DNA of 64,000 bases from an uncultured Actinomycetota bacterium (GTDB lineage Bacteria; Actinomycetota; Actinomycetes; JAHEKZ01): NCBI GenBank assembly GCA_963743915.1, contig CAVURN010000001.1, positions 736,001 through 800,000 on the forward strand, written 5' to 3'. Below the pieces are notes generated by a model. It was given only the letters and a program-made list of their open reading frames with translations, searched no databases and was not told the DNA's origin. Of this stretch, positions 10,130 through 20,810 are shown piece after piece (position 1 is the first letter of the stretch; every line of letters starts with the position of its first letter). Position numbers and translations under genes: made by a program.

Positions 10130-10195
10130 ACGGCACACCTTCGGGGTAACCCGTCCGGGTCATGACCCGGAGGAATCACCCCGAAGGTGTGCCGT
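10130..10195. repeat. Long intergenic palindrome (REP-like)
   Basis: acggcacaccttcggggt / accccgaaggtgtgccgt arms with an inner tccgggtca/tgacccgga palindrome. Confidence 0.75.
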
Positions 10196-10203
10196 GGGTG
10201 GTG

Positions 10204-11601
10204 CTAGAGGATCGACCAGGCCTCGGTGAGGACCGAGCGGAGCGTCGACTCGATCTGGTCGAACTCCTTCTGACCGACGATGAGCGGCGGGGCAAGCTGG
10301 ATCACCGGGTCTCCCCGGTCGTCGGCCCGGCAGTAGAGCCCCGCGTCGAAGAGCGCCTTGGACAGGAAGCCGCGGAGCAGACGCTCGGCCTCGTCGTCGT
10401 TGAACGTCTCCTTGGTCGTCTTGTCCTTGACCATCTCGATGCCGTAGAAGAAGCCGTCACCACGGACGTCACCGACGATCGGCAGGTCCTTCAGCTTCTC
10501 CAGCGTCGCCCGGAAGGCACCCTCGTGCGAGCGCACGTGCTCGTTGATGCCCTCGCGCTCGAAGATGTCGAGGTTGGCCAGCGCCACGGCGGCGGCGACG
10601 GGGTGCCCACCCCACGTGTAGCCGTGCGCGAAGTAGTTCTGCCCGTGCTTGAACGGCTCGAAGAGCCGCTCGCTCACGATCATCGCGCCGAGGGGGGCGT
10701 ACCCGGACGTGAGCCCCTTCGCCGACGTGATGATGTCCGGCGTCACCCCGTACCGCTTGGTGGCGAAGTAGTCGCCGATCCGGCCGTACGCGCAGATGGT
10801 CTCGTCCGAGACGTAGAGCACGTCGTACTCGTCGCAGATCTCGCGAACCCGCTCGAGGTACCCGGGCGGCGGTGGGAAGCAGCCACCGGAGTTCTGCACC
10901 GGCTCGAGAAAGACAGCAGCCACCGTGTCCGGACCCTCGAACTCGATCGCCTCCGCGATCCGGTCCGCGGCCCAGCGGCCGAACGCCTCGATGTCGTCGC
11001 CGTGCTCGGGAGCGCGGTAGAAGTTGGTGTTGGGCACCTTCACCGCGCTCGGGACGAGAGGCTCGAAGTACTTCTTGGCGTCCGGGATGCCCGTGATGGA
11101 CAGGGCGCCCTGCGGCGTGCCGTGGTAGGCGATGGAGCGGCTGATCACCTTGTGCTTCATGGGCTTGCCGGTCATCTTGAAGTACTGCTTGGCCAGCTTC
11201 CAGGCACTCTCCACCGCCTCGCCACCACCGGAGGTGAAGAAGACGCGGTTGAGGTCACCGGGGGCGAGCTCGGCCAGCCGGTCAGCCAGCTCGATCGCCG
11301 GCGGGTGCGCGTACGACCACAACGGGAAGAAGGCGAGCTCGGACGCCTGCTTGGCCATGACCTCGGCGAGCTCGGTGCGACCGTGCCCCACCTGGACCAC
11401 GAAGAGTCCGGCCAGACCGTCGAGGTACTTGTTGCCCTGGTCGTCCCAGATGTAGGCGCCATCACCCCTCGTGATGACGGGGACGTGGCCGCCTTCCTCG
11501 TACGTGGAGTGGCGGGTGAAGTGCATCCACAGGTGCTCGCGGGCGCTCTCGGCCAGACGGTCGTCGCCGGGCTCGTTGACGTACTGCGGTGATGTGCTCA
11601 T
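10204..11601 (-). CDS. Class-III PLP aminotransferase (putrescine/omega-amine:pyruvate type)
   Basis: FFTSGGGEAVE, YHGT, FLEPVQNSGG, SDETICAYGRIG, TSAKGLTSGY. Confidence 0.9.
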   Translation of the reverse strand: MSTSPQYVNEPGDDRLAESAREHLWMHFTRHSTYEEGGHVPVITRGDGAYIWDDQGNKYLDGLAGLFVVQVGHGRTELAEVMAKQASELAFFPLWSYAHPPAIELADRLAELAPGDLNRVFFTSGGGEAVESAWKLAKQYFKMTGKPMKHKVISRSIAYHGTPQGALSITGIPDAKKYFEPLVPSAVKVPNTNFYRAPEHGDDIEAFGRWAADRIAEAIEFEGPDTVAAVFLEPVQNSGGCFPPPPGYLERVREICDEYDVLYVSDETICAYGRIGDYFATKRYGVTPDIITSAKGLTSGYAPLGAMIVSERLFEPFKHGQNYFAHGYTWGGHPVAAAVALANLDIFEREGINEHVRSHEGAFRATLEKLKDLPIVGDVRGDGFFYGIEMVKDKTTKETFNDDEAERLLRGFLSKALFDAGLYCRADDRGDPVIQLAPPLIVGQKEFDQIESTLRSVLTEAWSIL

Positions 11602-12101
11602 CGGGTTCCCCAGGAATAGATCTGTTTACGGAGCTTGAGGTAGACGAAGCTCTCGGTGTGCCGGACACCGGGGATCGCCCGGATCCGGCGGTTGATGATG
11701 TCGAGCAGGTGGTCGTCGTCCTCGCAGACCACCTCGACGAGGATGTCGAACGATCCCGCGGTGATGACCACGTAGTCGACCTCGGGCATGGTCTCGAGAG
11801 CTGCCGCGACCTCCTCCATGTCGCCCTCGACCCGGATCCCGATCATCGCGGCGCGCGGGAAGCCCACCGAGAGCGGATCGGTGACCGCGACGATCTGCAT
11901 GACGCCGGTCTCGAGAAGGCGCTGCACCCGCTGGCGCACCGCCGCCTCGGACAGACCGACCGCCTTGCCGATCGCGGAGTAGGGTCGCCGGCCGTCCTCC
12001 TGGAGCTGTTCGATGATCGCCTTCGACACGTCGTCGAGGGCGATGGCACCGGCAGCACCGTTGGCGGTGCTGCGCTCGGAGGTGCGGGCCCGACTGACCA
12101 T
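11598..12101 (-). CDS. Lrp/AsnC-family regulator
   Basis: LDDVSKAIIEQLQEDGRRPYSAIGKAVGLSEAAVRQRV HTH plus RAM domain (TAGSFD). Confidence 0.9.
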   Translation of the reverse strand: MVSRARTSERSTANGAAGAIALDDVSKAIIEQLQEDGRRPYSAIGKAVGLSEAAVRQRVQRLLETGVMQIVAVTDPLSVGFPRAAMIGIRVEGDMEEVAAALETMPEVDYVVITAGSFDILVEVVCEDDDHLLDIINRRIRAIPGVRHTESFVYLKLRKQIYSWGTR

Positions 12102-12139
12102 GACGCGCATCCTGTCGTCCCGAGCCGGGTATGGCAAGT

Positions 12140-12175
12140 GATTCCGTGGGCGAATGCGGCGAATTCCACGAAATC
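12140..12175. promoter_or_regulatory. Candidate operator GATTCCGT-N20-ACGAAATC
   Basis: Inverted repeat in the Lrp/ALDH divergent gap; same architecture at 15565-15600. Confidence 0.55.
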
Positions 12176-12267
12176 GGTACTCAGACGGGGCCAACTCTGT
12201 TGTTTCCCGCTGTCGCGGGATAGTGTGACGTCACCGCACCAGCGACATCCGCAGCCGAGGAGAGCCC

Positions 12268-13710
12268 GTGAGCGACCGCGTCATCCGCAACTTCATCAAC
12301 GGCGAGTCGGTGGACTCCGCCGACGGCCAGATGATGGACCTCATCAACCCCACCACCGGCGAGGTCTTCGCCCAGGCCGCCAACAGCTCGGCCGAGGACG
12401 TCGACCGCGCCTTCAAGGCCGCCTCCGCCGCGTACGAGACCTGGCGGGACAGCACCCCCTCGGAGCGCTCGCTCGCGCTGCTGAAGATCGCCGACGCGAT
12501 CGAGGCGAACGCCGACGAGCTCGTGGCGCTGGAGAGCGAGAACACCGGCAAGCCGGTGGCCCTCACCGCCAGCGAAGAGATCCCCCCGATGGTGGACCAG
12601 CTCCGCTTCTTCGCCGGAGCCGCCCGGAACCTCGAGGGCCGGGCCGCCGGCGAGTACATGGCGGGTCACACCTCGATGATCCGTCGTGAGCCCGTGGGCG
12701 TCGTGGGCCAGGTGTCGCCCTGGAACTACCCGATGATGATGGCGGTCTGGAAGTACGCGCCCGCCATCGCCGCCGGGTGCACCACGGTCCTCAAGCCGTC
12801 GGACACGACGCCGGCCACGACCGTCCGGATGGCCGAGATCGCCGCCGAGTTCCTGCCGCCCGGCGTCCTCAACGTCGTCACCGGCGACCGCGACACCGGC
12901 CGGGCGCTCGTCGACCACCCGACCCCGCGCCTGATCTCGATCACCGGCTCGACGCGGGCCGGCATGCAGATCGCCGAGGCGGCGAGCAAGGACCTCAAGC
13001 GCCTTCACCTCGAGCTCGGGGGCAAGGCTCCGGTCGTCGTCTTCGACGACGCCGACATCGCCGCGGCGGCCGAGGCGATCGCCGTGGCCGGCTACTTCAA
13101 CGCCGGCCAGGACTGCACGGCGGCCACCCGAGTGCTTGCCGCTCCAGGCGTCTACGACGACTTCGTCGCCGCGCTCACCGAGCAGGCCCTCAACACCGCC
13201 ACGACGTTCGAGAACGGCCCGGGCGATGAGGACGCGCTGGTTCCCCCGGTCAACAACGTCAACCAGTTCGACCGGGTGCTGGGCTTCTTCGACCGGCTCC
13301 CCGACCACGCGCGCGTCACGGCCGGCGGCGAGAAGATCGGTGACCGCGGCTACTACGTCAAGCCGAGCGTCATCGCCGACGTCAAGCAGAACGACGAGGT
13401 GATCCAGAGCGAGATCTTCGGTCCGGTCATCACGGTGCAGAAGTTCGGGGACGAGGCAGAGGCGCTGCGGTACGCCAACGGCGTCGAGTACGGGCTGGCC
13501 TCGAGCGTGTGGACCAAGGACTTCGGTCGCGCGATGAGAATGGCCAAGAACCTCGACTTCGGGTGCGTGTGGATCAACACCCACATCCCGCTGGTCGCCG
13601 AGATGCCGCACGGCGGGTTCAAGCACTCCGGCTACGGCAAGGACCTGTCCATGTACGGGTTCGACGACTACACCCGCGTCAAGCACGTCATGGCCAACAT
13701 CGACAGCTGA
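12268..13710 (+). CDS. Gamma-aminobutyraldehyde dehydrogenase
   Basis: PWNYP, TGST, LELGGKAP, NAGQDCTAATR, EIFGPV, EMPHGGFKHSGYGKDLS. Confidence 0.9.
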   Translation: MSDRVIRNFINGESVDSADGQMMDLINPTTGEVFAQAANSSAEDVDRAFKAASAAYETWRDSTPSERSLALLKIADAIEANADELVALESENTGKPVALTASEEIPPMVDQLRFFAGAARNLEGRAAGEYMAGHTSMIRREPVGVVGQVSPWNYPMMMAVWKYAPAIAAGCTTVLKPSDTTPATTVRMAEIAAEFLPPGVLNVVTGDRDTGRALVDHPTPRLISITGSTRAGMQIAEAASKDLKRLHLELGGKAPVVVFDDADIAAAAEAIAVAGYFNAGQDCTAATRVLAAPGVYDDFVAALTEQALNTATTFENGPGDEDALVPPVNNVNQFDRVLGFFDRLPDHARVTAGGEKIGDRGYYVKPSVIADVKQNDEVIQSEIFGPVITVQKFGDEAEALRYANGVEYGLASSVWTKDFGRAMRMAKNLDFGCVWINTHIPLVAEMPHGGFKHSGYGKDLSMYGFDDYTRVKHVMANIDS

Positions 13711-13716
13711 GCGCTC

Positions 13717-13758
13717 ACGTCGACGGCGGGTCCCCGGACGGGGACCCGCCGTCGACGT
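13717..13758. terminator. Bidirectional stem-loop terminator
   Basis: acgtcgacggcgggtcccc-ggac-ggggacccgccgtcgacgt perfect stem between convergent genes. Confidence 0.8.
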
Positions 13759-13771
13759 CTGTCGGCCGACC

Positions 13772-15433
13772 TCAGCCGGCCGACCGGATGGCGTCGAGGG
13801 CTGCGGCCGCCACCTGGAGTGACAGGCAGGTCGCGACGTCGTCGAGGTCGACGCCGAGCACCTCCTCGACCTGTCTGAGGCGGTCGTAGAAGGCGGGGCG
13901 CGACAACCCGCAGGCTGCCGCAGCCGAGGACTTGTTGCGTCCGGCGTCGAGGTAGCAGCGAAGCGCGGTGAGCAGATCCCCGCCGCGCGCCCCGCCGGGC
14001 GCTGCGCCCGAAGTCCCGCCCGGAGCCGCGCCGGCAGCGCTGCCCCGCGCGACGTCGTGGGCCAGAAGGGGACCGAGCTCGCGCTCCACGTACGTCTGAA
14101 GCCGCTCGTCGTCGCGCAGCAGGTGCAGCAGCCCGGCCAGTCCCACGTCCGCCAGACGGTGGAAGGGACGGTCCGCGCGGTCGCCCACCACGTCGGCCAC
14201 CTGTGCCGCCTCCAGGAAGGACCGTCTGACCTCGAGCACATCGGCGACCGTCGAACCGGCCGCGACCACCACCGGTTCGGCCGAGCCCCGACGAATGCGG
14301 TTCGACACCGACTCCAGCGCGCGCTCGGCGTCCGAGGGCGTGGAGGCGGCGAGCAGCAGGCCCACCGTGGCGTCGTCGAGCACGCCCACGAGGCCGAGCA
14401 CCCGCACGCCGCGCAGCGAGTCGGCGGTGACGTCGGCCAGCCGACGGAGTCGCGCCTGGTCGGCGAGGGCGGCATGGGTACGTCGCGCGGGCCGCACGAC
14501 GACCCCGACGAGGTGTCGCCGCTCCAAGGGGACGCCGACGCCTTTCGCCCGCAGGTGCAGGTCGTGCGAGGGAGCGGTCTGGTCGACGATCGCCATGAGC
14601 AGGCTCCGGTGGGTCTGCCGCTCGAGCGACACCTGCTCGTGCTCCAACAGGCGCCCCAGGGCCAGAGCGCCGGCCGCGCGCTCGGCCAGCACGAGATCAC
14701 GACTGGACGCCGGGGAGTCCAGGACGATCACCAACCGTCCCCAGTCGGTTCCCCGAGCCCCGACGGTCGCGACCACCCATCCCTGCTCGGCGTCAAAGGT
14801 GGTGCGGCCGGCCGGCCTGACGCGACGGGACCGCGACTCCCAGCGGTCCAGGAGCTGGTCGGCCGAGGCGCCGGCCGGGTCGAAGGCGAGAACCTGGTGG
14901 CCCAGGCTCTCGAGCACGACGGGCGCCTTCGCCATGCGGGCGGTCTGGCGGACGATCGCTTCGGGGTCCGCACCTTCGATGGAGAGCTCGGTGAAGGTCC
15001 GGTGCACCTGGTCGGAATGGCGCAGCTCGCTCAGCTGGGCGTCCACGATGATGGCGTGCACCGCCTCGGTGACCTGCACGAACGGCGTCTCGCGTCGGAG
15101 CTCCACCACCGGCAGGCCGAGGCGCTCGGCAGCCTGGGTGAGGGCGGCGGGCAGGTGCTCGTCGTAGCGCCTGCCGAGCTCGACGACGAGTCCGGAGGTA
15201 CCCGCTTCGGCGAGGTTCCCGACGAAGGTCGCCAGGTCACGTGGGTCGTCGGGGAAGGCCACCCCTGTCGAGAGCAGCAGCTCGCCACCCCTCAGGAGGT
15301 GGGTGACATCCGGCAGCTCGGCCACATGGGTCCACCGCACCTGACGCCCCAGCCCGCGCGCACCGGCGACCACGCGGGGCCGCCCGCCCCGGACGGCCTC
15401 GAGGTCGAGCACCTGAGCGACTGTCGGAAACAC
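13772..15433 (-). CDS. PucR-family transcriptional regulator
   Basis: VRWTHVAELPD..LLRGGELLLSTG N-terminal domain; C-terminal HTH LSRPAFYDRL. Confidence 0.9.
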   Translation of the reverse strand: MFPTVAQVLDLEAVRGGRPRVVAGARGLGRQVRWTHVAELPDVTHLLRGGELLLSTGVAFPDDPRDLATFVGNLAEAGTSGLVVELGRRYDEHLPAALTQAAERLGLPVVELRRETPFVQVTEAVHAIIVDAQLSELRHSDQVHRTFTELSIEGADPEAIVRQTARMAKAPVVLESLGHQVLAFDPAGASADQLLDRWESRSRRVRPAGRTTFDAEQGWVVATVGARGTDWGRLVIVLDSPASSRDLVLAERAAGALALGRLLEHEQVSLERQTHRSLLMAIVDQTAPSHDLHLRAKGVGVPLERRHLVGVVVRPARRTHAALADQARLRRLADVTADSLRGVRVLGLVGVLDDATVGLLLAASTPSDAERALESVSNRIRRGSAEPVVVAAGSTVADVLEVRRSFLEAAQVADVVGDRADRPFHRLADVGLAGLLHLLRDDERLQTYVERELGPLLAHDVARGSAAGAAPGGTSGAAPGGARGGDLLTALRCYLDAGRNKSSAAAACGLSRPAFYDRLRQVEEVLGVDLDDVATCLSLQVAAAALDAIRSAG

Positions 15434-15564
15434 AGGGGCACCGTGCCAGGACGCTGACAGTGTGTAAACCCGACAGCGCCCGCGACGCCGCTCAGCGCGA
15501 GGGCTGGGTCCCGATCAGGGGGTTACTGGTGCTGAATCGTGGTTCGGGACGGCCCACTGATCAC

Positions 15565-15600
15565 GATTCCGTCGCAGATCTGCCGGGTTGCGACGGAATC
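15565..15600. promoter_or_regulatory. Candidate operator GATTCCGT-N20-ACGGAATC
   Basis: Inverted repeat upstream of the second ALDH/pot operon; matches 12140-12175. Confidence 0.55.
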
Positions 15601-15773
15601 GCTTGTCCTGGTGGCGATTCTCTGTCAGGATCAGCGCCCGCAGGGAGCCCCCGTCTCACCCGCCGCCGTGAGAAGCGGCCCCGGTCGGGCACGGGTACGG
15701 TGGCCCTCGGCTGGCTGAGGGGCCAGCGACCGCAGGGGACGCGCCACCCGGGCGCAGGCGAGGAGGATGTGCC

Positions 15774-17261
15774 ATGACCATCGCCAGCCACTTCATCGGG
15801 GGACGTGGGGTCGAGAGCGCGAACGGTGACACCGACGACGTCATCGACCCGAGCAACGGCGAGGTCGTCCAGCAGGTCACGCTGGCCACCCCCGACGACG
15901 TCGACGCGGCTGTCGCGGCAGCTGCCGCAGCCTTCCCGGAGTGGTCGACTGCCACGCCGGGGGCTCGGTCGGACGCGCTCGCCGCATTCGCCCGAGTCCT
16001 GGCTGACCGGGCCGACGACTTCGCAGCCGTCGAGAGCCGACAGGCCGGCAAGCCGATCAGGCTGGCGACCGAGTTCGACGTACCGGGCACGGTCGACAAC
16101 ACCGCCTTCTTCTCCGGTGCCGCCCGCAACCTCGAGGGCAAGGCCGCCGGCGAGTACAGCGCCGACCACACCTCGATGGTCCGCCGAGAGCCGATCGGCG
16201 TCGTCGGATCGATCGCTCCCTGGAACTACCCGCTTCAGATGGCGGCCTGGAAGGTGCTCCCCGCGATCGCCGCGGGAAACACGATCGTCCTCAAGCCGGC
16301 CGAGATGACGCCCCTGACGTCGGTCATGTTCGCCGAGGCCGCGCACGACGCCGGGATCCCAGCAGGGGTCGTCAACGTCATCACCGGGCGCGGCTCGGTC
16401 GCCGGACAGCACCTGATCGAGCACCCCGGGGTCTCGATGGTCTCGTTCACCGGTTCCACTCCGGTGGGGCAGCGGGTGATGCGGACTGCCTCGGAGACCG
16501 TCAAGCGGGTGCACCTCGAGCTCGGCGGCAAGGCACCCTTCGTCGTCTTCGACGACGCGGACCTCGATGCGGCTGTGCAGGGAGCGGTGGCCGGCTCTCT
16601 CATCAACACGGGTCAGGACTGCACGGCAGCCACGCGCGCCTACGTCCAGCGCCCGTTGTACGACGCGTTCGTGCAGGGTGTCGCGGACGTGATGGCCGGG
16701 GTCGTGCTCGGCCCGACCGCGGACCCGGGCACCGACCAGGGGCCGCTCATCTCGGCCAAGCAGCAGCAGAGCGTGGCTGGCTACGTCGAGCGGGCGCGCG
16801 GCTACGGCGCCAAGGTGGTCCGCGGCGGTCAGATCCCTGGTGGCGCCCTCGCGAAGGGCTCCTACTACGAGCCCACGCTGGTGGTGGACGCTGCGCAGGA
16901 CTCCGAGATCGTCCAGCAGGAGCTCTTCGGCCCCGTCCTGGTCGTCCTGCCCTTCGACGACGACGACGAGGGGCTCCGCCTCGCCAACGACACCCCGTAC
17001 GGCTTGGCGGCATCGGTGTGGACCCGGGACGTGTTCCGCTCCCTGCGTGCGACGACCGAGATCCGGTCAGGCTGTGTCTGGGTGAACGACCACATCCCGA
17101 TCATCAGCGAGATGCCGCACGGCGGCTACAAGCAGTCCGGATTCGGCAAGGACATGAGCCAGTACTCGCTCGACGAGTACACGAACGTCAAGCACGTCAT
17201 GTACGACCGCACCGCGGCCGTGCGCAAGGACTGGCACCGGACCATCTTCAGCGGCCGGTGA
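15774..17261 (+). CDS. Gamma-aminobutyraldehyde dehydrogenase (second paralog)
   Basis: PWNYP, LELGGKAP, NTGQDCTAATR, EMPHGGYKQSGFGKD; GAGGAGG SD. Confidence 0.9.
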   Translation: MTIASHFIGGRGVESANGDTDDVIDPSNGEVVQQVTLATPDDVDAAVAAAAAAFPEWSTATPGARSDALAAFARVLADRADDFAAVESRQAGKPIRLATEFDVPGTVDNTAFFSGAARNLEGKAAGEYSADHTSMVRREPIGVVGSIAPWNYPLQMAAWKVLPAIAAGNTIVLKPAEMTPLTSVMFAEAAHDAGIPAGVVNVITGRGSVAGQHLIEHPGVSMVSFTGSTPVGQRVMRTASETVKRVHLELGGKAPFVVFDDADLDAAVQGAVAGSLINTGQDCTAATRAYVQRPLYDAFVQGVADVMAGVVLGPTADPGTDQGPLISAKQQQSVAGYVERARGYGAKVVRGGQIPGGALAKGSYYEPTLVVDAAQDSEIVQQELFGPVLVVLPFDDDDEGLRLANDTPYGLAASVWTRDVFRSLRATTEIRSGCVWVNDHIPIISEMPHGGYKQSGFGKDMSQYSLDEYTNVKHVMYDRTAAVRKDWHRTIFSGR

Positions 17262-17315
17262 CCGGCGGATCGAGGGGATTCGCATCATTCCCAACCATCG
17301 CGGAGGACACTCAGC

Positions 17316-18522
17316 ATGACTGACCTGAACCCATTTTCGAGCCCGGTCGCGGGCCTGCGGCGCCCCACCGGCCTGTCGCGGCGAGGCTTCCTCCGCGGGG
17401 TCGGTGCCACCGGCGCCGCAGCTGCGGGTGCCGGCCTGCTGGCCGCGTGCGGAAGCGACGACGGCGGCGGCGACGGCGGCAGCTCGGGGGGGAACGACGA
17501 CCCGATCCTGAACTTCGCCAACTGGCCGCTGTACATCGACCAGCTCAAGGGGGACCAGAAGGCCCCCGGAACCACGATGGCCGGATTCGAGGACGAGACC
17601 GGCATCACCGTGAACTACACCGAGCCGGTGAACGACAACGAGGAGTACTTCGCCAAGATCCGCCCGATCCTCGCGGCGGACAAGGACGTCGGTGTCGACT
17701 CGTTCGTGCTCACCGACTGGATGGCTTCCAAGCTCATCAATCTCGGGTGGCTGCAGAAGTTCGACAAGGCCAACATCCCGAACTTCGACAACCTCGTGCC
17801 GAAGCAGCAGTCGCCGGAGTTCGACCCGAACCGCGACTACTCGATCCCGTGGCAGTCCGGCAGCACCGCGATCGCGTACGACTCCAGCCAGATCGACGAG
17901 GTCACGTCCATCAGTGACCTGCTCACCAACCCCGAGCTCAACGGCTCCATCACGGTGCTGAAGGAGATGCGGGACACGATGGGCCTGATCCTGCTCGACC
18001 AGGGAGCAGACCCGGCCGACTTCACCGACGACGAGTGGGCCTCGGCCATCGCGGCGCTGCAGGCGGCCAAGGACTCCGGCCAGATCCGGCAGTTCACCGG
18101 GAACAACTACGCGCAGCTGCTCGCCAAGGGCGACATCAAGGCCTGCATCGCGTGGGCCGGTGACGTGATCCAGCTGCAGTTCGACAACCCGAACATCAAG
18201 TACTACATCCCCGAGGCCGGCGCCATGCTGTGGTCGGACAACATGCTCATCCCGATCAACGCTCAGCACAAGGAGAACGCTGAGAAGTGGATGAACTACT
18301 ACTACGACCCGAAGGTGGCGGCGACGCTCTCCGCTCTGGGTGAACTACATCTCGCCCGTGGCCGGTGCGCAGGAAGAGGTGCGGAAGATCGACCCCGAGC
18401 TCGCCGACAACCCGCTCATCTTCCCGACCGAGGAGGACTACTCGAAGCTGCACATCTTCCGCGGCCTGACCGACGAGGAGGAGACCAAGTACGCCTCCGA
18501 GTTCCAGGACATCGCGGTCTAG
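17316..18522 (+). CDS. potD: Polyamine ABC substrate-binding lipoprotein, Tat-exported (frameshift near 18338)
   Basis: SRRGFL Tat motif, LAAC lipobox, NWPLYID, WSDNM; C-terminus VNYISPV...EFQDIAV in a shifted frame. Confidence 0.85.
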
Positions 18523-18537
18523 TCCCACGGGCTTTCC

Positions 18538-18597
18538 TTTCGGGGGCACCCTTGCCACACTGAGCCATCGCACCAGGTGGCAGGGGTGCACCCGAGG
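18538..18597. terminator. Stem-loop after substrate-binding gene (partial terminator or mRNA stabiliser)
   Basis: ttcgggggcacccttgccac / gtggcaggggtgcacccgag imperfect inverted repeat. Confidence 0.5.
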
Positions 18598-18647
18598 CCC
18601 AGAACCGACCCGACGACCCACCCCGACGAGCCGACGAAGCAGGACCG

Positions 18648-19817
18648 ATGAGCGAACAGATGACAGCCCCGGCACCAGGCCCCGCCGCGTCCGGTGGCGG
18701 CGCGGACCTTCACATCGTCGACGTCACGAAGCAGTTCGGCAGCTTCAAGGCGGTCGACGACCTGACGCTCACCATCCCGGCGGGCTCCTTCTTCGCCCTG
18801 CTCGGCCCCTCCGGCTGTGGCAAGACGACCACCCTGCGCATGGTGGCGGGTCTCGAGCAGCCGACCGCCGGCCGGATCGTGATCGGCAGCGAGGACGTCA
18901 CCCACCGCAAGCCGTACAAGCGCCCCGTCAACACCGTGTTCCAGTCCTACGCGCTCTTTCCCCATCTGGACATCTTCGAGAACGTCGCCTTCGGACTGCG
19001 CCGCTCGGGCAAGAAGAAGGACATCCGCTCCGAGGTCGAGGCGATTCTCGAGCTGGTCGAGCTCACCACCTATGCGCGCCGCAAGCCGACCCAGCTCTCC
19101 GGCGGGCAGCAGCAGCGCGTGGCGGTGGCCCGAGCCCTCATCAACAAGCCCGAGGTGCTGCTGCTCGATGAGCCGCTCGGGGCGCTCGACCTCAAGCTCC
19201 GTCGCCAGATGCAGATCGAGCTCAAGCGCATCCAGACCGACGTCGGCATCACCTTCGTGCACGTCACGCACGACCAGGAAGAGGCCATGACCATGGCCGA
19301 CACCATCGCGGTCATGAACGCCGGACGGATCGAGCAGATGGGTGCCCCCATCGACCTCTACGAGAACCCGGTCACCACCTTCGTCGCGAACTTCCTCGGC
19401 CAGTCCAACCTGTTGGAGGGTCGACTGACCGGCAAGAGCGGCGGCGACGCGCTGCTCGAGGTCCACGGCCAGCGGATGGCTCTGCCCACGGCTCGCGTGC
19501 ACTCCGACCGGGACGACGTGTGGGTCGGGGTACGCCCGGAGAAGATGCAGATCAGCCGCGCCGGCACCGCCGTGAACGGGGAGAACGCGGTGACCGGGGT
19601 GGTCACCGACGCCAGCTACATCGGCGTCTCCACCCAGTACCTCGTCCAGCTCCCCTGGGGCCAGGAGGTCGGCGTCTTCTCCCAGAACCTCTCGACCGAA
19701 GGTCCCCTCAGCAACGGGGACGAGGTGGTCCTCCACTGGAACCCGGCTCACACCTTCGCCCTCGATGCGACCCAGGACGCGGAGGCTGGCGCCGAGAAGG
19801 TCGAGGGAGACGAGTGA
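18648..19817 (+). CDS. potA: Polyamine ABC ATP-binding subunit
   Basis: [31 protein letters not shown]. Confidence 0.9.
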   Translation: MSEQMTAPAPGPAASGGGADLHIVDVTKQFGSFKAVDDLTLTIPAGSFFALLGPSGCGKTTTLRMVAGLEQPTAGRIVIGSEDVTHRKPYKRPVNTVFQSYALFPHLDIFENVAFGLRRSGKKKDIRSEVEAILELVELTTYARRKPTQLSGGQQQRVAVARALINKPEVLLLDEPLGALDLKLRRQMQIELKRIQTDVGITFVHVTHDQEEAMTMADTIAVMNAGRIEQMGAPIDLYENPVTTFVANFLGQSNLLEGRLTGKSGGDALLEVHGQRMALPTARVHSDRDDVWVGVRPEKMQISRAGTAVNGENAVTGVVTDASYIGVSTQYLVQLPWGQEVGVFSQNLSTEGPLSNGDEVVLHWNPAHTFALDATQDAEAGAEKVEGDE

Positions 19818-20810
19818 GCGCGGCTCCAGCGCCGGGAGCGGCAGCGTCCGCACCCCTCGACGACGTCGCGCGTCCGGTCGGAGCACACTCCTGGACGCCG
19901 TATGCGCTGCTGACGCCGGGCATGCTCTGGCTCGCGGTGTTCTTCCTCGTGCCCGACCGTGATGCTCGTGTACATGTCGCTGTCGACGGGCACGGCCTTC
20001 ACCGGTGACGGCACCTTCAGCTTCAACTGGCAGTTCTCGAACTACACCGACGCCGTCAGCGAGTACGTCATCGACGAGCCGATCTTCCAGAAGTCGTTGA
20101 TCTACGCGTTGATCGCCACCGTGCTCTGCCTGGCCATCGCGTACCCGCTCGCCTACACCATCGCCTTCAAGGCGGGACGCTGGAGGAACTTCCTGCTGGT
20201 CCTGGTGATCGCGCCGTTCTTCACCAGCTTCCTGCTCAGGACCAACGCGTGGCAGACCATCCTGTCGGACAACGGGGTGGTCGTCGGCGTGATGAAGGAC
20301 CTAGGGATCCTGAGCTTCCTGAACACGGTCATCAACACGCCTGACTCCTGGCCGAGCTGGACGCAGATCTTCCCCGAGGGCATCACCGCCGACGACCGGG
20401 TGCTGTCCACGCCGCTGGCGGTCATCCTGGGCATCACCTACAACTTCCTGCCGTTCATGACCCTGCCGCTGTACGCCAGCCTCGAGCGGATCGACGTCCG
20501 GCTGATCGAGGCGGCGACCGACCTCTACTCGTCGGCGTGGACGGCGTTCCGCAAGGTCACCTTCCCGTTGTCGCTGCCCGGTGTCGTGGCGGGCACGCTG
20601 TTGACGTTCATCCCTGCCGCCGGTGACCCGGTCAACGCGTTCCTGCTCGGGTCGAGCAACGACCAGCTCATGGGCAACGCGATCGACTCGCAGTTCAAGT
20701 CGACGGGCAACTATCCGCTCGCCGCAGCGCTGTCGGCGATGCTGATGGTGGTGATCGTCGCCATGGTCGCCCTGTACGTGCGCCGTGCCGGCACCGAGGA
20801 GCTGGTCTGA
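19814..20810 (+). CDS. potB: Polyamine ABC permease PotB-like (frameshift near 19955)
   Basis: GTGA overlap with potA; PYALLTPGMLWLAVFFLVP | ...PFFTSFLLRT...YNFLPFMTLPLY. Confidence 0.85.
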
